From contig NC_009954.1 in the NCBI RefSeq assembly GCF_000018305.1, positions 240,001 through 272,000 of the forward strand: a stretch of DNA of 32,000 nucleotides, read 5' to 3'. A program made the translations under genes and the position numbers. How positions within the stretch are numbered: position 1 is the stretch's first letter; every line of letters begins with the position of its first letter. Below, piece by piece: positions 17,914-27,532 of the stretch. Under the pieces are notes generated by a model. That model saw only the letters and a list, made by a program, of their open reading frames with translations, was not told the DNA's origin and did no database searches. The DNA comes from Caldivirga maquilingensis IC-167. Its GTDB lineage: Archaea; Thermoproteota; Thermoprotei; Thermoproteales; Thermocladiaceae.

Positions 17914-18140
17914 CCCAACCAAAAAAGTAAACTAAACTAATAAACCTTACGCAAACCTAGTTGTAGGATTAATAATACCACTCAATATGGTGACTGAAGC
18001 ATGCTAGTAACTAAGCACGTTAATTCTGGGATTAAACACATGATTAATGATCTGTGGCTTACTTTGCACTCTTAGTAATTGTGGGCTTAGTGGTTTAAGC
18101 GTGAAAACCGCATGGTTAAGTTAAAGGAGGTATTTGTTTA

Positions 18141-19478
18141 ATGATCATTAGTATGCGGGTGACTGAAGTCCCAAGGATTGTTAAATCCACGGTGTTGGCT
18201 GCTGGGTTGGGTACAATGCTTGATTACTATGATTTTCTACTGGCTGCTAATGCAGCTGGCACAGTGTGGTTAAGCCTGTATTTTGAGCCTGCCTTTAAGG
18301 TACCGGGTATAGCCTTATCTCTGGCAATGGTCACCTACGCTATTGCCTATGTTATAAGGCCTCTTGGGGCATTCATATTTGGGCACATTGGTGATAGGGT
18401 GGGTAGGCGGTTTACCCTGGTTTTAACATTAGTATTAGCTTTCGCATCAATGGTTATGATGGGGTTGACTCCGACTTATAGTCAAATTGGCGTATACTCA
18501 ATAATAATCCTACTGGTGTCTAGGCTAATACTTGGTGTAGGCTTTGGTGGTGAATGGGGTGGTGGCGCCACTTGGATTAGTGAAGTAATGCTGGCTAATG
18601 GGTACGGTGACTTAGAGGGATTCTGGGGTGGTGTGTTTCAGGTGTTTGCAACGGCGGGTATTGCTCTTGCATCATTAGCCTTCTCACTCGCATCACTACT
18701 AACGCCTCATCAATTCTTCTACTCATGGGGGTGGAGAATACTATTCCTAATTGGTGCCGCGGTAATATTAGTGGCTGCGGTGATTAGGCATAGGTTAATT
18801 GAATCACCACTCTTCATGGATTTAATCAAGAGGGGCGGGGTATTGAGGTACCCTGCCCTTGAAGTCTTTAGGAGGGAGTGGGTTAAGGTACTATTACTTG
18901 CCTTCGCCTGGTTCTACATAACAGCGGTAACCGTGGTCGCGGTGTTACCCTACTCAGTGACGTATGTAACTAGGGTATTAGGGTTAAGGACATTAATGGG
19001 TATGCAGGCTAACTCATTCATACTACTATCCTACGCAGTATCCTTACTAACAGGTGGTGTTGCATCAACACTCATCAGTGGCTTGTTATCGGATAAGCAT
19101 AATCCATTAATAATCTTAGTAATCGGCTCAGCGGCAACGGGAATAATGAGCATATTATTCTACCCATTATTGGCTACAGGTAACCCAGTAATAATGCTTA
19201 CCGCCTTTGAGGCATACATGGTCTCTGAGTACATGGGCTTTGGTTCACTACCGAAATTATTCACACTATTATTTCCAACAATGTATAGGTATTCTGGTTC
19301 AGGGTTAGCTTACCAATTAGGTGGCTTACTCACTGGATTAGCATCAGGGTTAATTCTACCTATAATCATAAGTACCTTAGGTTACTCAGCCTGGTATGCG
19401 GTATCAGCATTAATGGTTTCAATATCCCTAGTCTCATTAGCCTCATCACTAGTACTACTCAGGGTGACCTCTAAATGA
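18141..19478 (+). CDS. MFS transporter, metabolite:H+ symporter (MHS)-like
   Basis: 445 aa, 12 TM segments, LDYYDFLLAANAAG near the N-terminus and the MFS loop motif GHIGDRVGRR. Confidence 0.85.
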   Translation: MIISMRVTEVPRIVKSTVLAAGLGTMLDYYDFLLAANAAGTVWLSLYFEPAFKVPGIALSLAMVTYAIAYVIRPLGAFIFGHIGDRVGRRFTLVLTLVLAFASMVMMGLTPTYSQIGVYSIIILLVSRLILGVGFGGEWGGGATWISEVMLANGYGDLEGFWGGVFQVFATAGIALASLAFSLASLLTPHQFFYSWGWRILFLIGAAVILVAAVIRHRLIESPLFMDLIKRGGVLRYPALEVFRREWVKVLLLAFAWFYITAVTVVAVLPYSVTYVTRVLGLRTLMGMQANSFILLSYAVSLLTGGVASTLISGLLSDKHNPLIILVIGSAATGIMSILFYPLLATGNPVIMLTAFEAYMVSEYMGFGSLPKLFTLLFPTMYRYSGSGLAYQLGGLLTGLASGLILPIIISTLGYSAWYAVSALMVSISLVSLASSLVLLRVTSK

Positions 19479-20332
19479 TGCCCCAGGAATTAGCTCAACT
19501 ACTCTTAAACCTGGTTAAGGAGGATGCACCTTTAGGTGACGTCACCACTGAAGCCATTATAGGTAATGTGGAGGTTAAGGCAGTGGTGCTGGCTAAGGAG
19601 GATGGCTACGCATGTTGTCTTCCTGATTTTGCCGAGGCATTAAGGATTCTTGGATTAAACGCAAATGCCTTGAAGCGTGACGGTGGGTATTTTAACCCAG
19701 GTGAATCATTAATGATGATTTCAGGTAACGCTAGAGTGATTTTAACCATTGAGAGGAGTCTACTTAACGTACTGAGTATAATACTTGGTGTGGTTAAGAC
19801 TACTAGGGAGGTTGTTGAAACCGCTCACAGGGTTAACCCAAGGGTTAAGGTTGCTGCAACTAGGAAAACAATACCATGCTTAAGGTCATTGATTAAGAAA
19901 GCTGTTACCGTGGGTGGTGCTGATACGCATAGGTTATCATTAAGTGATGCCGTGTTAATTAAGGATAATCACCTAGCCATAATCGGTGATGTTGAGAAGG
20001 CTGTTAAGGAAGCTAGGGATAAGGCAACATTCATGCATAAGATTGAGGTTGAGGTAAATAACATTGATGATGCTGTTAAGGCTATTAAAGCTGGGGCTGA
20101 TGCAGTACTTATTGATAACGTCACACCAATACAGCTTAGGCAAATAATAAGTACACTTGAGTCGTTGGGGTTACGTGAAAAAGCCGTAATAGAGGTCTCT
20201 GGGGGAATTACACCAAGCAACATTACTGAGTACGCTGAAGCCAATCCAGATATAATCAGTACAAGTTACATAACAATGAAGGCTAAGCCAGTTGACATAA
20301 GCCTTGAAATCACCCAGACTACGAAGCCTTAA
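19475..20332 (+). CDS. nadC: Nicotinate-nucleotide pyrophosphorylase (carboxylating) / quinolinate phosphoribosyltransferase
   Basis: 285 aa with ATRKT.P.LR...K.AV..GG...HR..LSDAVLIKDNH and the C-terminal EVSGGIT motif. Its start overlaps the MFS stop (ATGA). Confidence 0.93.
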   Translation: MMPQELAQLLLNLVKEDAPLGDVTTEAIIGNVEVKAVVLAKEDGYACCLPDFAEALRILGLNANALKRDGGYFNPGESLMMISGNARVILTIERSLLNVLSIILGVVKTTREVVETAHRVNPRVKVAATRKTIPCLRSLIKKAVTVGGADTHRLSLSDAVLIKDNHLAIIGDVEKAVKEARDKATFMHKIEVEVNNIDDAVKAIKAGADAVLIDNVTPIQLRQIISTLESLGLREKAVIEVSGGITPSNITEYAEANPDIISTSYITMKAKPVDISLEITQTTKP

Positions 20333-20389
20333 TTAATCTAAGACCCTAAGGCTTAGGCATTAATTAAATCTCATGGAAATTTAAGCTGA

Positions 20390-20944
20390 TTAATAGATAT
20401 TGCCTCAGTCACCTGGTACCTATCATTACTCGCCTATGGAGCGATAGAGGCTGTTAGATACTGGTTCGCCCTTGCCTTTGATAGGGTTTGGCCAAGCTTC
20501 TTCGCTCACCTGAGTCCAAGATTTGGAACACCCATTTACGCACACTTATTTGACCTAGGAATCTCATCGGTCTTAATAATTATGGTTGGCTTATTCTACG
20601 GCACATTCACCGCACTCTACGGTGCCGCTGTGGCTGCGTTACTGTACTTCATGGCTGTTGGCGCCGCTGCGGTAATAATGAGTGTGAAGAATTCATTAAA
20701 GATCAGCAATACAGTTAGAGTTGCCTTAGTAATCACTGGTTCATTGACAATAGCCGTGATGACTTACTTAACGTACCAATTCCTAGAGTACCCAAGCATC
20801 TGGGGTGGTAATCCATTAGCCTACGGTGTAGTGATTGGGGCAATACTACTTGGCATTACATTATACGCCACATCAAGTTACATTAATAGGAGACGGTATG
20901 GAATTGATATTTCAATAACGTATACTGAAATACCGCCGGAATAA
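20390..20944 (+). pseudogene. C-terminal fragment of an APC amino acid permease paralogue (N-terminal ~320 codons missing)
   Basis: The frame is open from 20390 (a TGA lies just upstream). It translates to ...WYLSLLAYGAIEAVRYWFALAFDRVWPSFFAHLSPRFGTPIYAHLFDL...YQFLEYPSIWGGNPLAYGV...TEIPPE. This is colinear with the last ~180 aa of the 2132-3634 permease, at well over half identical by eye. There is no matching N-terminal part. The only ATG-initiated ORF is 20582-20944. Confidence 0.7.
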
Positions 20945-21080
20945 AAGGGTTTAATGAAGTACACTGTCTGGTGAGTTTCTATATAGTTTATTTATATATG
21001 ACAATATTATTTATTGATTTTAATCATTGCTACGAAAGGTATATAAAGCCTCAACCCTAAGGAGTACCCAGGTGAGTGAA

Positions 21081-21287
21081 ATGAGTATAAGATCAATAAT
21101 AGGTATAGGAAAGGTGACTAGGATGAGTGGAAAAGTGGTTAACATTAATGTGAACCACAGCAATGCTAAGGAGTTAGGCATACACAATGCTGAAGATAAC
21201 ACTATTAACGCAATCATAGTGCCAAGCTTCAATATGCCAATAGTATTCGTTTACGATGAAAGGAATAAGGTGTATAAAACACCTTAA
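21081..21287 (+). CDS. Small hypothetical protein (weak AbrB/SpoVT-like pattern)
   Basis: 68 aa from the ATG at 21081. GTATATAAAG is centred about 30 nt upstream. GKVVNINVNHSNAKELGIHNAED loosely resembles the AbrB-type swapped-hairpin motif. It competes with a hydrophobic antisense ORF (21020-21232). Confidence 0.3.
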   Translation: MSIRSIIGIGKVTRMSGKVVNINVNHSNAKELGIHNAEDNTINAIIVPSFNMPIVFVYDERNKVYKTP

Positions 21288-21489
21288 GACTACCTAGAAT
21301 ACCATATATTAGTTATTTAGGGTTAAATCCTAAGATTAATGAGCAAGGATAATGAGGATTGAGTTATTGAGTTAATTGACTAATAAATTATCTTTAAGTA
21401 TTTATGATTATATATATTTTAGTAAAATCACTGCTTTAATTTTCCTTACTGAGAAAAACTTTAATACCAGTAAATATGTTTACATTACT

Positions 21490-22179
21490 ATGCGTAATAG
21501 CTTTTCATACCTTAGCTTTGATTATGTGCACTCCACTGACTGGACTATGGGCACTGCGGATGATAATTACGTATTCCACGTGCTTAATTCTTATGTTGAT
21601 GCCTTGAGGGATTATGTGTTTGAGTTTGCGCTACTTAAGGTTTGGGGTAGGCGTGATCTTAAGCATTTACTGGGGGTGTTTAGTAGGCATAGGAATGTTA
21701 AGGGTGTTGTCTCCCTTAGGCCTCTTAATGATGGTTACCCTAAGAGTATTCAAATAACCCTCAAGGGTGATTCATCAGACAGCACCAGATACATAGCCCA
21801 CATGCTGGGGGGAATAGAGGTTAAGGCAATTTATGAAAACGGTATAGAACACTGGGGATTCCTATTCCCTAACGATGAGTCAGCTAAATCATTTCTAAAC
21901 ATGGTGAATAAGAAGGGTATTGTTAAGAGGTATAATTTGAATGAAGCGGATATGGATAATATAATGGCTAATGCCTTAAGGAAAGCAGAATTATTATTAA
22001 CGCCCAGTGAATATAAGATAACTAAGATAGCCTACAGTAAGGGTTACTTTGAAGTACCCAGGTTGATTAAATTGGATGAGTTGGCTAGGGAGTTAGGCCT
22101 ATCCAAGGCCACTATTGATGAATACATTAGGAGCGCAATACGTAAAATACTTGAGCATGTATTCACTGATGAAGCCTAG
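21490..22179 (+). CDS. HTH_10 (Bat-type, COG3413-like) DNA-binding protein with uncharacterised N-terminal domain
   Basis: The C-terminal LTPSEYKITKIAYSKGYFEVPRLIKLDELARELGLSKATIDEYIRSAIRKIL is the bacterio-opsin-activator-type HTH. The ATG at 21490 has a CTTTAATACC box about 28 nt upstream. The ORF track extends to the TTG at 21376. Confidence 0.65.
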   Translation: MRNSFSYLSFDYVHSTDWTMGTADDNYVFHVLNSYVDALRDYVFEFALLKVWGRRDLKHLLGVFSRHRNVKGVVSLRPLNDGYPKSIQITLKGDSSDSTRYIAHMLGGIEVKAIYENGIEHWGFLFPNDESAKSFLNMVNKKGIVKRYNLNEADMDNIMANALRKAELLLTPSEYKITKIAYSKGYFEVPRLIKLDELARELGLSKATIDEYIRSAIRKILEHVFTDEA

Positions 22180-22249
22180 GCAATAAGACTGGGTAAATCG
22201 TGGACTCAGATGAGGCAACCGGTTTCCCTGGTTTCACAGCTGCATAAGG

Positions 22250-22257
22250 TATAAAAG
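22250..22257 (+). promoter_or_regulatory. TATA box (TATAAAAG) upstream of bcp
   Basis: Centred about 26 nt upstream of the ATG at 22279. Confidence 0.55.
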
Positions 22258-22278
22258 GTATGAGTTAAATATTGATAC

Positions 22279-22734
22279 ATGGTTAAGGAGGGTGAAGAGG
22301 CACCTAACTTTGAGTTAAGTGACCATAATGGGAGTACCATTAGGTTAAGTGACTATAGGGGTAGGTGGATTGTACTCTACTTCTTCCCCAAGGCATTCAC
22401 CCCAGGTTGCACCATTGAGACTAAGGAATTCTCAAGGTTATGGGATGAACTTGAGAAAATGGGTGTCACCGTATTCGGTATAAGCACTGATTCAGTTGAA
22501 ACACAGAGGAAGTTCGCTGAGAAGTATGGTGTTAAGTTTAAGCTACTTAGTGATCATGATAAGAATGCATCTAAGGCGTATGGTGTATTAGGGTTAATTG
22601 GTATGGCTGAGAGGGTAACCTTCATAATTAACCCGGAGGGTAAGGTGGTTAAGGTAATTAAGGGTGTTAAACCTGATGAACACCCCGTTAAGGCGCTGGA
22701 GTATTTAAGGGCAGTGATTAAGGTTAATAAGTAG
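22279..22734 (+). CDS. bcp: Peroxiredoxin, BCP/PrxQ type
   Basis: 151 aa with LYFFPKAFTPGCTIE, the peroxidatic-Cys motif of the AhpC/TSA-BCP family. Confidence 0.92.
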   Translation: MVKEGEEAPNFELSDHNGSTIRLSDYRGRWIVLYFFPKAFTPGCTIETKEFSRLWDELEKMGVTVFGISTDSVETQRKFAEKYGVKFKLLSDHDKNASKAYGVLGLIGMAERVTFIINPEGKVVKVIKGVKPDEHPVKALEYLRAVIKVNK

Positions 22735-22772
22735 TAATCACTTTAGGGAGCTTTATTTAAATTAAACCTCAC

Positions 22773-24080
22773 TTAATCCTCCTCAATCACCTTAACCCCC
22801 AGTAACTTAGCGAACTCCTTAACCTCACTCCTAAAGTCACCATAGATTAATACCCTGTGGTAACCATTATCAACAACCCACTTCTCAGCAACCTTACTGG
22901 CGTCACCGGAGGCAACAAGCTTTGTTGCGCATAATTGCTTCCAGTAAATGTTATCCACAGCCTTAGCAACGTGAATACTTAAAACCCCTGTAATTGGGTT
23001 AAAGCCCATTACGGTAACAGGCTCATTAATAGGTAACTTAACATGTATTGAAGCATGCTTACTGCCTCCATGAGCATCAGTAATTATGTAAGGTACCTCA
23101 GGCCTGCTTAAACCATGTGGATTAGTTGGTGCATAGCAGTGCCAGTAAATGAACCTACCATTAACCACGTCCACACCTGGGTCATTAACGAAACCAGGCC
23201 TATTAAAGAGGTATTTCCCAATCAGCAGTGGTATTATTGAGTACACATCTGCCTCACATACTGGTGTAATATCCTCATACCAAAACTGCATATAGCCTAA
23301 GCATGGCCATGCATCTATTAAGCCTGTATTAACGTTCATAATGCAGTCGAAGGCCATTACATTAGCCCCAGTGTCCCTTAAGGCTGCCTTCATGGCTAAG
23401 TAAAGCCTAGCGGCCTTAACTACATCAATCCTTGATGGGTCAAGGAATTGAGATGCAGTCTTAATCCATCTTTCAGCCCAATCCTCAGCATCCCTTGAAT
23501 CAACTACATTATAGTACTTATCAATGAATTCCTTAAGATCCATGAATATGAACGTTAAACCAAACCTCCTCTGAAGCTCAGCAACAGCCCTGGAAACCTC
23601 AGTGGCGTTTGGGAATGCCCAATTCATGTAACTTATGAGATTCCTAGCCGTCACCAACAGGACCCTACTCCTCCTAATCTTATCGAGGGCAATAAGGTAC
23701 TTAACCTTATCGATAACGCTCTTACTTAAAACATCCTCAGTAACCACGCCAAGGATTGGGTAACCCTCCCTAACAGCGTCAGCAACATCAATCAGGAAGT
23801 TGGGTGAACCCTCCATTGTCCTAGCAACGTAAAGTATGGGCTTACCACTCTTCAGAATAGTCCTAACAATACCCTGAGCCATAACCCTAACGTTGAAGAT
23901 GAGGAAACCCGAGGCATCGGCCTCAGACTTAAGGAGCATTAAGGCTTCATCAACATTACTAACACTGTACGGCTTAAACTCAACATCAGGGTAAGCATCC
24001 TTTAGAACCCTTAAAACATCATCCCTACTCAGGAATTCGGACTCGAAGAAACCGAGGAAAACCACTGGTATATTAACCAT
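22773..24080 (-). CDS. Uncharacterised protein, possibly L-fucose/L-arabinose isomerase-like (COG2407-type)
   Basis: A solid 435-aa ORF. The PVCEADVYSIIPLLIGKYL segment and the overall N-terminal alpha/beta plus C-terminal layout recall FucI/AraA-like isomerases (CE.D motif). The family call is tentative. Confidence 0.4.
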   Translation of the reverse strand: MVNIPVVFLGFFESEFLSRDDVLRVLKDAYPDVEFKPYSVSNVDEALMLLKSEADASGFLIFNVRVMAQGIVRTILKSGKPILYVARTMEGSPNFLIDVADAVREGYPILGVVTEDVLSKSVIDKVKYLIALDKIRRSRVLLVTARNLISYMNWAFPNATEVSRAVAELQRRFGLTFIFMDLKEFIDKYYNVVDSRDAEDWAERWIKTASQFLDPSRIDVVKAARLYLAMKAALRDTGANVMAFDCIMNVNTGLIDAWPCLGYMQFWYEDITPVCEADVYSIIPLLIGKYLFNRPGFVNDPGVDVVNGRFIYWHCYAPTNPHGLSRPEVPYIITDAHGGSKHASIHVKLPINEPVTVMGFNPITGVLSIHVAKAVDNIYWKQLCATKLVASGDASKVAEKWVVDNGYHRVLIYGDFRSEVKEFAKLLGVKVIEED

Positions 24081-24394
24081 GAATCAGAGTGACTCAACAC
24101 CTTAAAAGTACTTACTAACCATAAGTATCTAAACACGTTTAAGGGAAGCTAATGGGGGCTTTATACCTGTGCTTAATCTAATCGGTAAACGTATCTATAC
24201 TTGAATTTATAACTAAATCCTCCACTCTAATGTTAGGTTCATAGTAGGGGTGATTATGAGGCGTGGATTGAGTGTCCTCAATGAGACTTATTAATGAATT
24301 ACTCATAACATTGTTGATTATATCCTTAATTCAATGTGAAGTATAATAAATTCAACTCCATGCATCCTCAATCACCCTGCTCTTATTGAACTAT

Positions 24395-25783
24395 TTACTC
24401 CATGGATAAGCCGCTCACGTCGTCTAACGTTATGTTTCTCACGTTACTCATGGTTATGACTGGTATCGCCCTTGAGTTCACCTTAACATTACTGAGCCTA
24501 ATACTTGAGGCGTTTTCAATGTGAATACCCTTGTTTGATGTTATTCTAGTATTCTCAATTATAATGTCTTCAATGGGCATTTCAGGTAACCCATTTATTA
24601 GCACCGCCTGGTCTGCCCCATCACATGATGTGTTCCTAATAACCACACCCCTAATCTTAGGCGTCCTCTCTGATACTGGTTCAACAGGCCTTTTCTCATA
24701 GAACATATCCACTACCACTGCCTCATGAATTATGTTCCTCATGTAGATGTTGTTTACGTAAACATTCTCAATTAAACCACCCCTACCCCTAGTTGTCTTA
24801 ATCCTAACACCCCTCTCAGTACCATCGAATACACTATCCTGAATTGAAACATTCCTAACACCACCTGACATTTCACTACCAATAACGAATCCACCATGCC
24901 CCCTCTTCATTAAGCATCCTGAGGCGTGAATATTCTCTGAGGGTATGCCAATCCTCCTACCCTCCTCATCCCTACCAGACTTTATGACTAAGCAATCATC
25001 ACCAACATCAATCATACAGCCCCTTACCTCAACGTCACTTGAGGAATCCACGACAACACCATCAGTGTTTGGTGAGTAATCTGGGGCAATACTACTAGTG
25101 TTTATTAATGTAACATGCCTTGAGTAGAGAATGTGTATTGTCCACATGGGTGAGTCCTTAAACGTAACCCCTTCTATGGTCACGTTCTCAGCATTATAGA
25201 GTTGAAGAAGCTGAGGCCTAAAGAACTCCCTATACCTCTCACAATCCTCAGTACTCGGCTTCCCACCTTCACTGGTTATTTTCCTGAAGGCCTCAGCACC
25301 CTCCATGGCATTCCTAGTAGGCCACCAGGTTTTACCATCATCACCAACAACACCCCCTGATTCAACAAGCCTCCTCCAGTAATCCTCAGTAACGCGAAAC
25401 CTCCTAATAGGCCACCATGCGTAACCCTGGCCATCAAACACACCCTCCCCAATAATCCTAACATTCCTAACATCCTTACCGAATATTAACGGCATAACAC
25501 CACAATGATGAACCCCCTCTCTCCTAGTCTCAATTATTGGATAGGACTTGTAATCGGTTGAGAATTTAACCACAGCACCCTTATCAATGAGTAACATTAC
25601 ATTACTCCTCAGAATAATGTTCCTTGATAAGTAGTTGCCTGGAGGAATATACACAATACCCCTAGTCTCACTGGCTTGGGTAATAGCTTCATTTATAGCC
25701 CCAGTACTATCATCCAAACCCTTAGGATCAGCACCATACTCAACAACATTATACGTCCTACCTGAGGGAAGAGAATTAATCAT
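24395..25783 (-). CDS. Glycoside hydrolase family 28 (exo-polygalacturonase-like), no signal peptide
   Basis: All four GH28 motifs are present and in order: SPNTDGVVVD, VGDDCLVIKSG, KRGHGGFVIGSE, RGVRIKTTRG. The N-terminal YNVVEYGADPKG...GAINEAI cap is typical of beta-helix pectinases. Confidence 0.9.
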   Translation of the reverse strand: MINSLPSGRTYNVVEYGADPKGLDDSTGAINEAITQASETRGIVYIPPGNYLSRNIILRSNVMLLIDKGAVVKFSTDYKSYPIIETRREGVHHCGVMPLIFGKDVRNVRIIGEGVFDGQGYAWWPIRRFRVTEDYWRRLVESGGVVGDDGKTWWPTRNAMEGAEAFRKITSEGGKPSTEDCERYREFFRPQLLQLYNAENVTIEGVTFKDSPMWTIHILYSRHVTLINTSSIAPDYSPNTDGVVVDSSSDVEVRGCMIDVGDDCLVIKSGRDEEGRRIGIPSENIHASGCLMKRGHGGFVIGSEMSGGVRNVSIQDSVFDGTERGVRIKTTRGRGGLIENVYVNNIYMRNIIHEAVVVDMFYEKRPVEPVSERTPKIRGVVIRNTSCDGADQAVLINGLPEMPIEDIIIENTRITSNKGIHIENASSIRLSNVKVNSRAIPVITMSNVRNITLDDVSGLSME

Positions 25784-26039
25784 GGTAATGCATTAATAAT
25801 GTTCCAATTTAAAAGCATTTCTTATCCAGCAGTACGTCATGTAGGTATTAATTAGGGGTGGTTAAGGTTATGATTAATGGTAATCATTATTAAGGGCAAG
25901 GACCCCTACAAGGTAAGTGGTTTAATGCCTAATGTAATGAGTAAAACAGGTGTAAGTTTAAATATTGTTAAATTATATTCATGCCATATGAAACACCTGA
26001 TAACTGAATCCACAAGTAGCCTAAGGAACATTATTAGCT

Positions 26040-27173
26040 CTAGTGCTCCGTGGTGTTGAACACCTTATTAATGAGCATTGAGGCTATTGGTTTTATTTGG
26101 TTGTATATGTTTGTTGTTAGTTTGCATTTTACTCCTCTTTGTATTAGCCATAGTAGTATTGGTAGGTTTGCTACTACTGGTGTTTTCTTTAAGTCCTCCA
26201 CTCTCCTTGATCCTGTTAGGAACATTGTTGCCTTGAACTCCCACATTAACTTATTAATCAACTCCCTCACTGCCTCATAACCCTTTAATGCCGATACCAG
26301 CATTGGTCTTGACATTGTGAATGCATCTGCACCTAGGGCTATTGCCTTAGCACCATCTAAACCATTCCTAACACCACCAGAGGCTATTATCACACCATCG
26401 TAGACACTGCTCACTTCGCAAATGGATAATACAGTGGGTATACCCCAATCCCTAAACACATCAGCCTTACTTAATTCACCACCCCTAATTGCCTCAATCC
26501 TAATGAATGATGTGCCACCGTGGCCGGCGACATCAATTGCATCGGGTGGAATACTGTTAAGCATTCTAGCAACCTCCATGGATACACCATTACCAACCTC
26601 CTTAATTATTAAAGGCCTATTAACAACCCTCCTAATGAGCTTCAACTTACCTAAGACACCGCTGAACCATGGCTCACCCTCAGGTTGGAATAATTCCTGT
26701 GCTGGATTAAGGTGTATTGCCACTGCATCAGCGTTAATCATATCCACTGCCTCATTAACCCAATCCACTAAATCCCTATCACTAAGCCTAGAAACCTGGG
26801 GTGCACCTAGGTTGGCTATTTTTAGGGCGCTTGGTGCATTATCCTTAACAACCCTGAAGCTCCAAGCGGTCTCAGGCTTCATTAATGCTATCCTCTGTGA
26901 ACCAACATACATGCCTATCCCAAACTCCTCAGCGGCCTTGGCTAAAACAGCATTAACCCTACCAGCAGTCTCAGTACCACCGGTTAAGGCACCTATTATG
27001 AATGGGAAGCTAAGCCTCTTATTAAACAATTCAATGGTTGAGTCAACATCATTAAAATCCATCTCCGGTAAAGCATTGTGAATTAATTGAACACCATCAA
27101 ACAATGAATCACCAACCTCAACATCACTACTTGAAGCAATCCTAATATGCTCATCCTTACGACCCCCAATCAT
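26040..27173 (-). CDS. fni: Type 2 (FMN-dependent) isopentenyl-diphosphate delta-isomerase
   Basis: It has RKDEHI at the N-terminus and a TIM-barrel FMN pattern (...IKEVGNG...DVAGHGGTSF...ASGGVRNGLD). The ATG at 27173 is preferred over the track's TTG at 27188. Confidence 0.9.
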   Translation of the reverse strand: MIGGRKDEHIRIASSSDVEVGDSLFDGVQLIHNALPEMDFNDVDSTIELFNKRLSFPFIIGALTGGTETAGRVNAVLAKAAEEFGIGMYVGSQRIALMKPETAWSFRVVKDNAPSALKIANLGAPQVSRLSDRDLVDWVNEAVDMINADAVAIHLNPAQELFQPEGEPWFSGVLGKLKLIRRVVNRPLIIKEVGNGVSMEVARMLNSIPPDAIDVAGHGGTSFIRIEAIRGGELSKADVFRDWGIPTVLSICEVSSVYDGVIIASGGVRNGLDGAKAIALGADAFTMSRPMLVSALKGYEAVRELINKLMWEFKATMFLTGSRRVEDLKKTPVVANLPILLWLIQRGVKCKLTTNIYNQIKPIASMLINKVFNTTEH

Positions 27174-27532
27174 CCAAAATAGTTTCAATCAATACCCTAA
27201 TAAACTTTGTTAGGTATCTGGAATAGTTTATCGAATAAGAAGCCTTAAGCTTCATGAATATTAATGTTAAGACATTAACTGCAATGAGCATGCATGATTA
27301 AGGTGATTATGATTGAGTATAGCTATAAGTATAAGGCTACAAATACAGCATTACTTCTAAGGGATTGAATTATTTTTGATCCATGATTAGTGTACCAGCG
27401 GTTTCGGCTCATTTTTAAGCTAAGTTAATAGGCATTGGCAGTTAATCCCTGAAGGGGACTCACTTTAATCAGAGGATTTAAGAAAAACTTAATTTTAAAT
27501 TTAAGACCATTGACTTAACGTAAATCATTACC

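Noticed and set aside
17276-17935. 219-aa plus-strand ORF covering the whole coiled-coil gene
   Set aside because: Its S/L/C/F-rich low-complexity translation is simply the mirror of the E/K/L/W repeat on the other strand. The minus-strand product has a coherent domain structure and a promoter. This is a shadow ORF.
21020-21232. 70-aa hydrophobic minus-strand ORF overlapping the small plus-strand ORF
   Set aside because: No TATA-like element is suitably placed upstream on the minus strand. Hydrophobic translations are the expected antisense image of a K/N/E-rich frame. The strand choice remains genuinely uncertain (see finding).
25877-26059. 60-aa plus-strand ORF in the GH28/IPP-isomerase spacer, preceded by a TATA-like GGTATTAATTAGG at about -27
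   Set aside because: Promoter geometry is suggestive. But the product has no recognisable features, its 3' end runs into the convergent isomerase gene, and the A/T box may belong to the divergent GH28 promoter region. This is not enough to call a gene.
26422-27081. 219-aa plus-strand ORF antisense to the type-2 IPP isomerase. Similar antisense ORFs lie at 1201-1488, 1633-1863, 6530-6931, 13361-14787, 15232-15540 and 30337-30645.
   Set aside because: All lie entirely inside strongly supported genes on the opposite strand, have no recognisable motifs, and show biased S/T/L/P composition typical of antisense frames.
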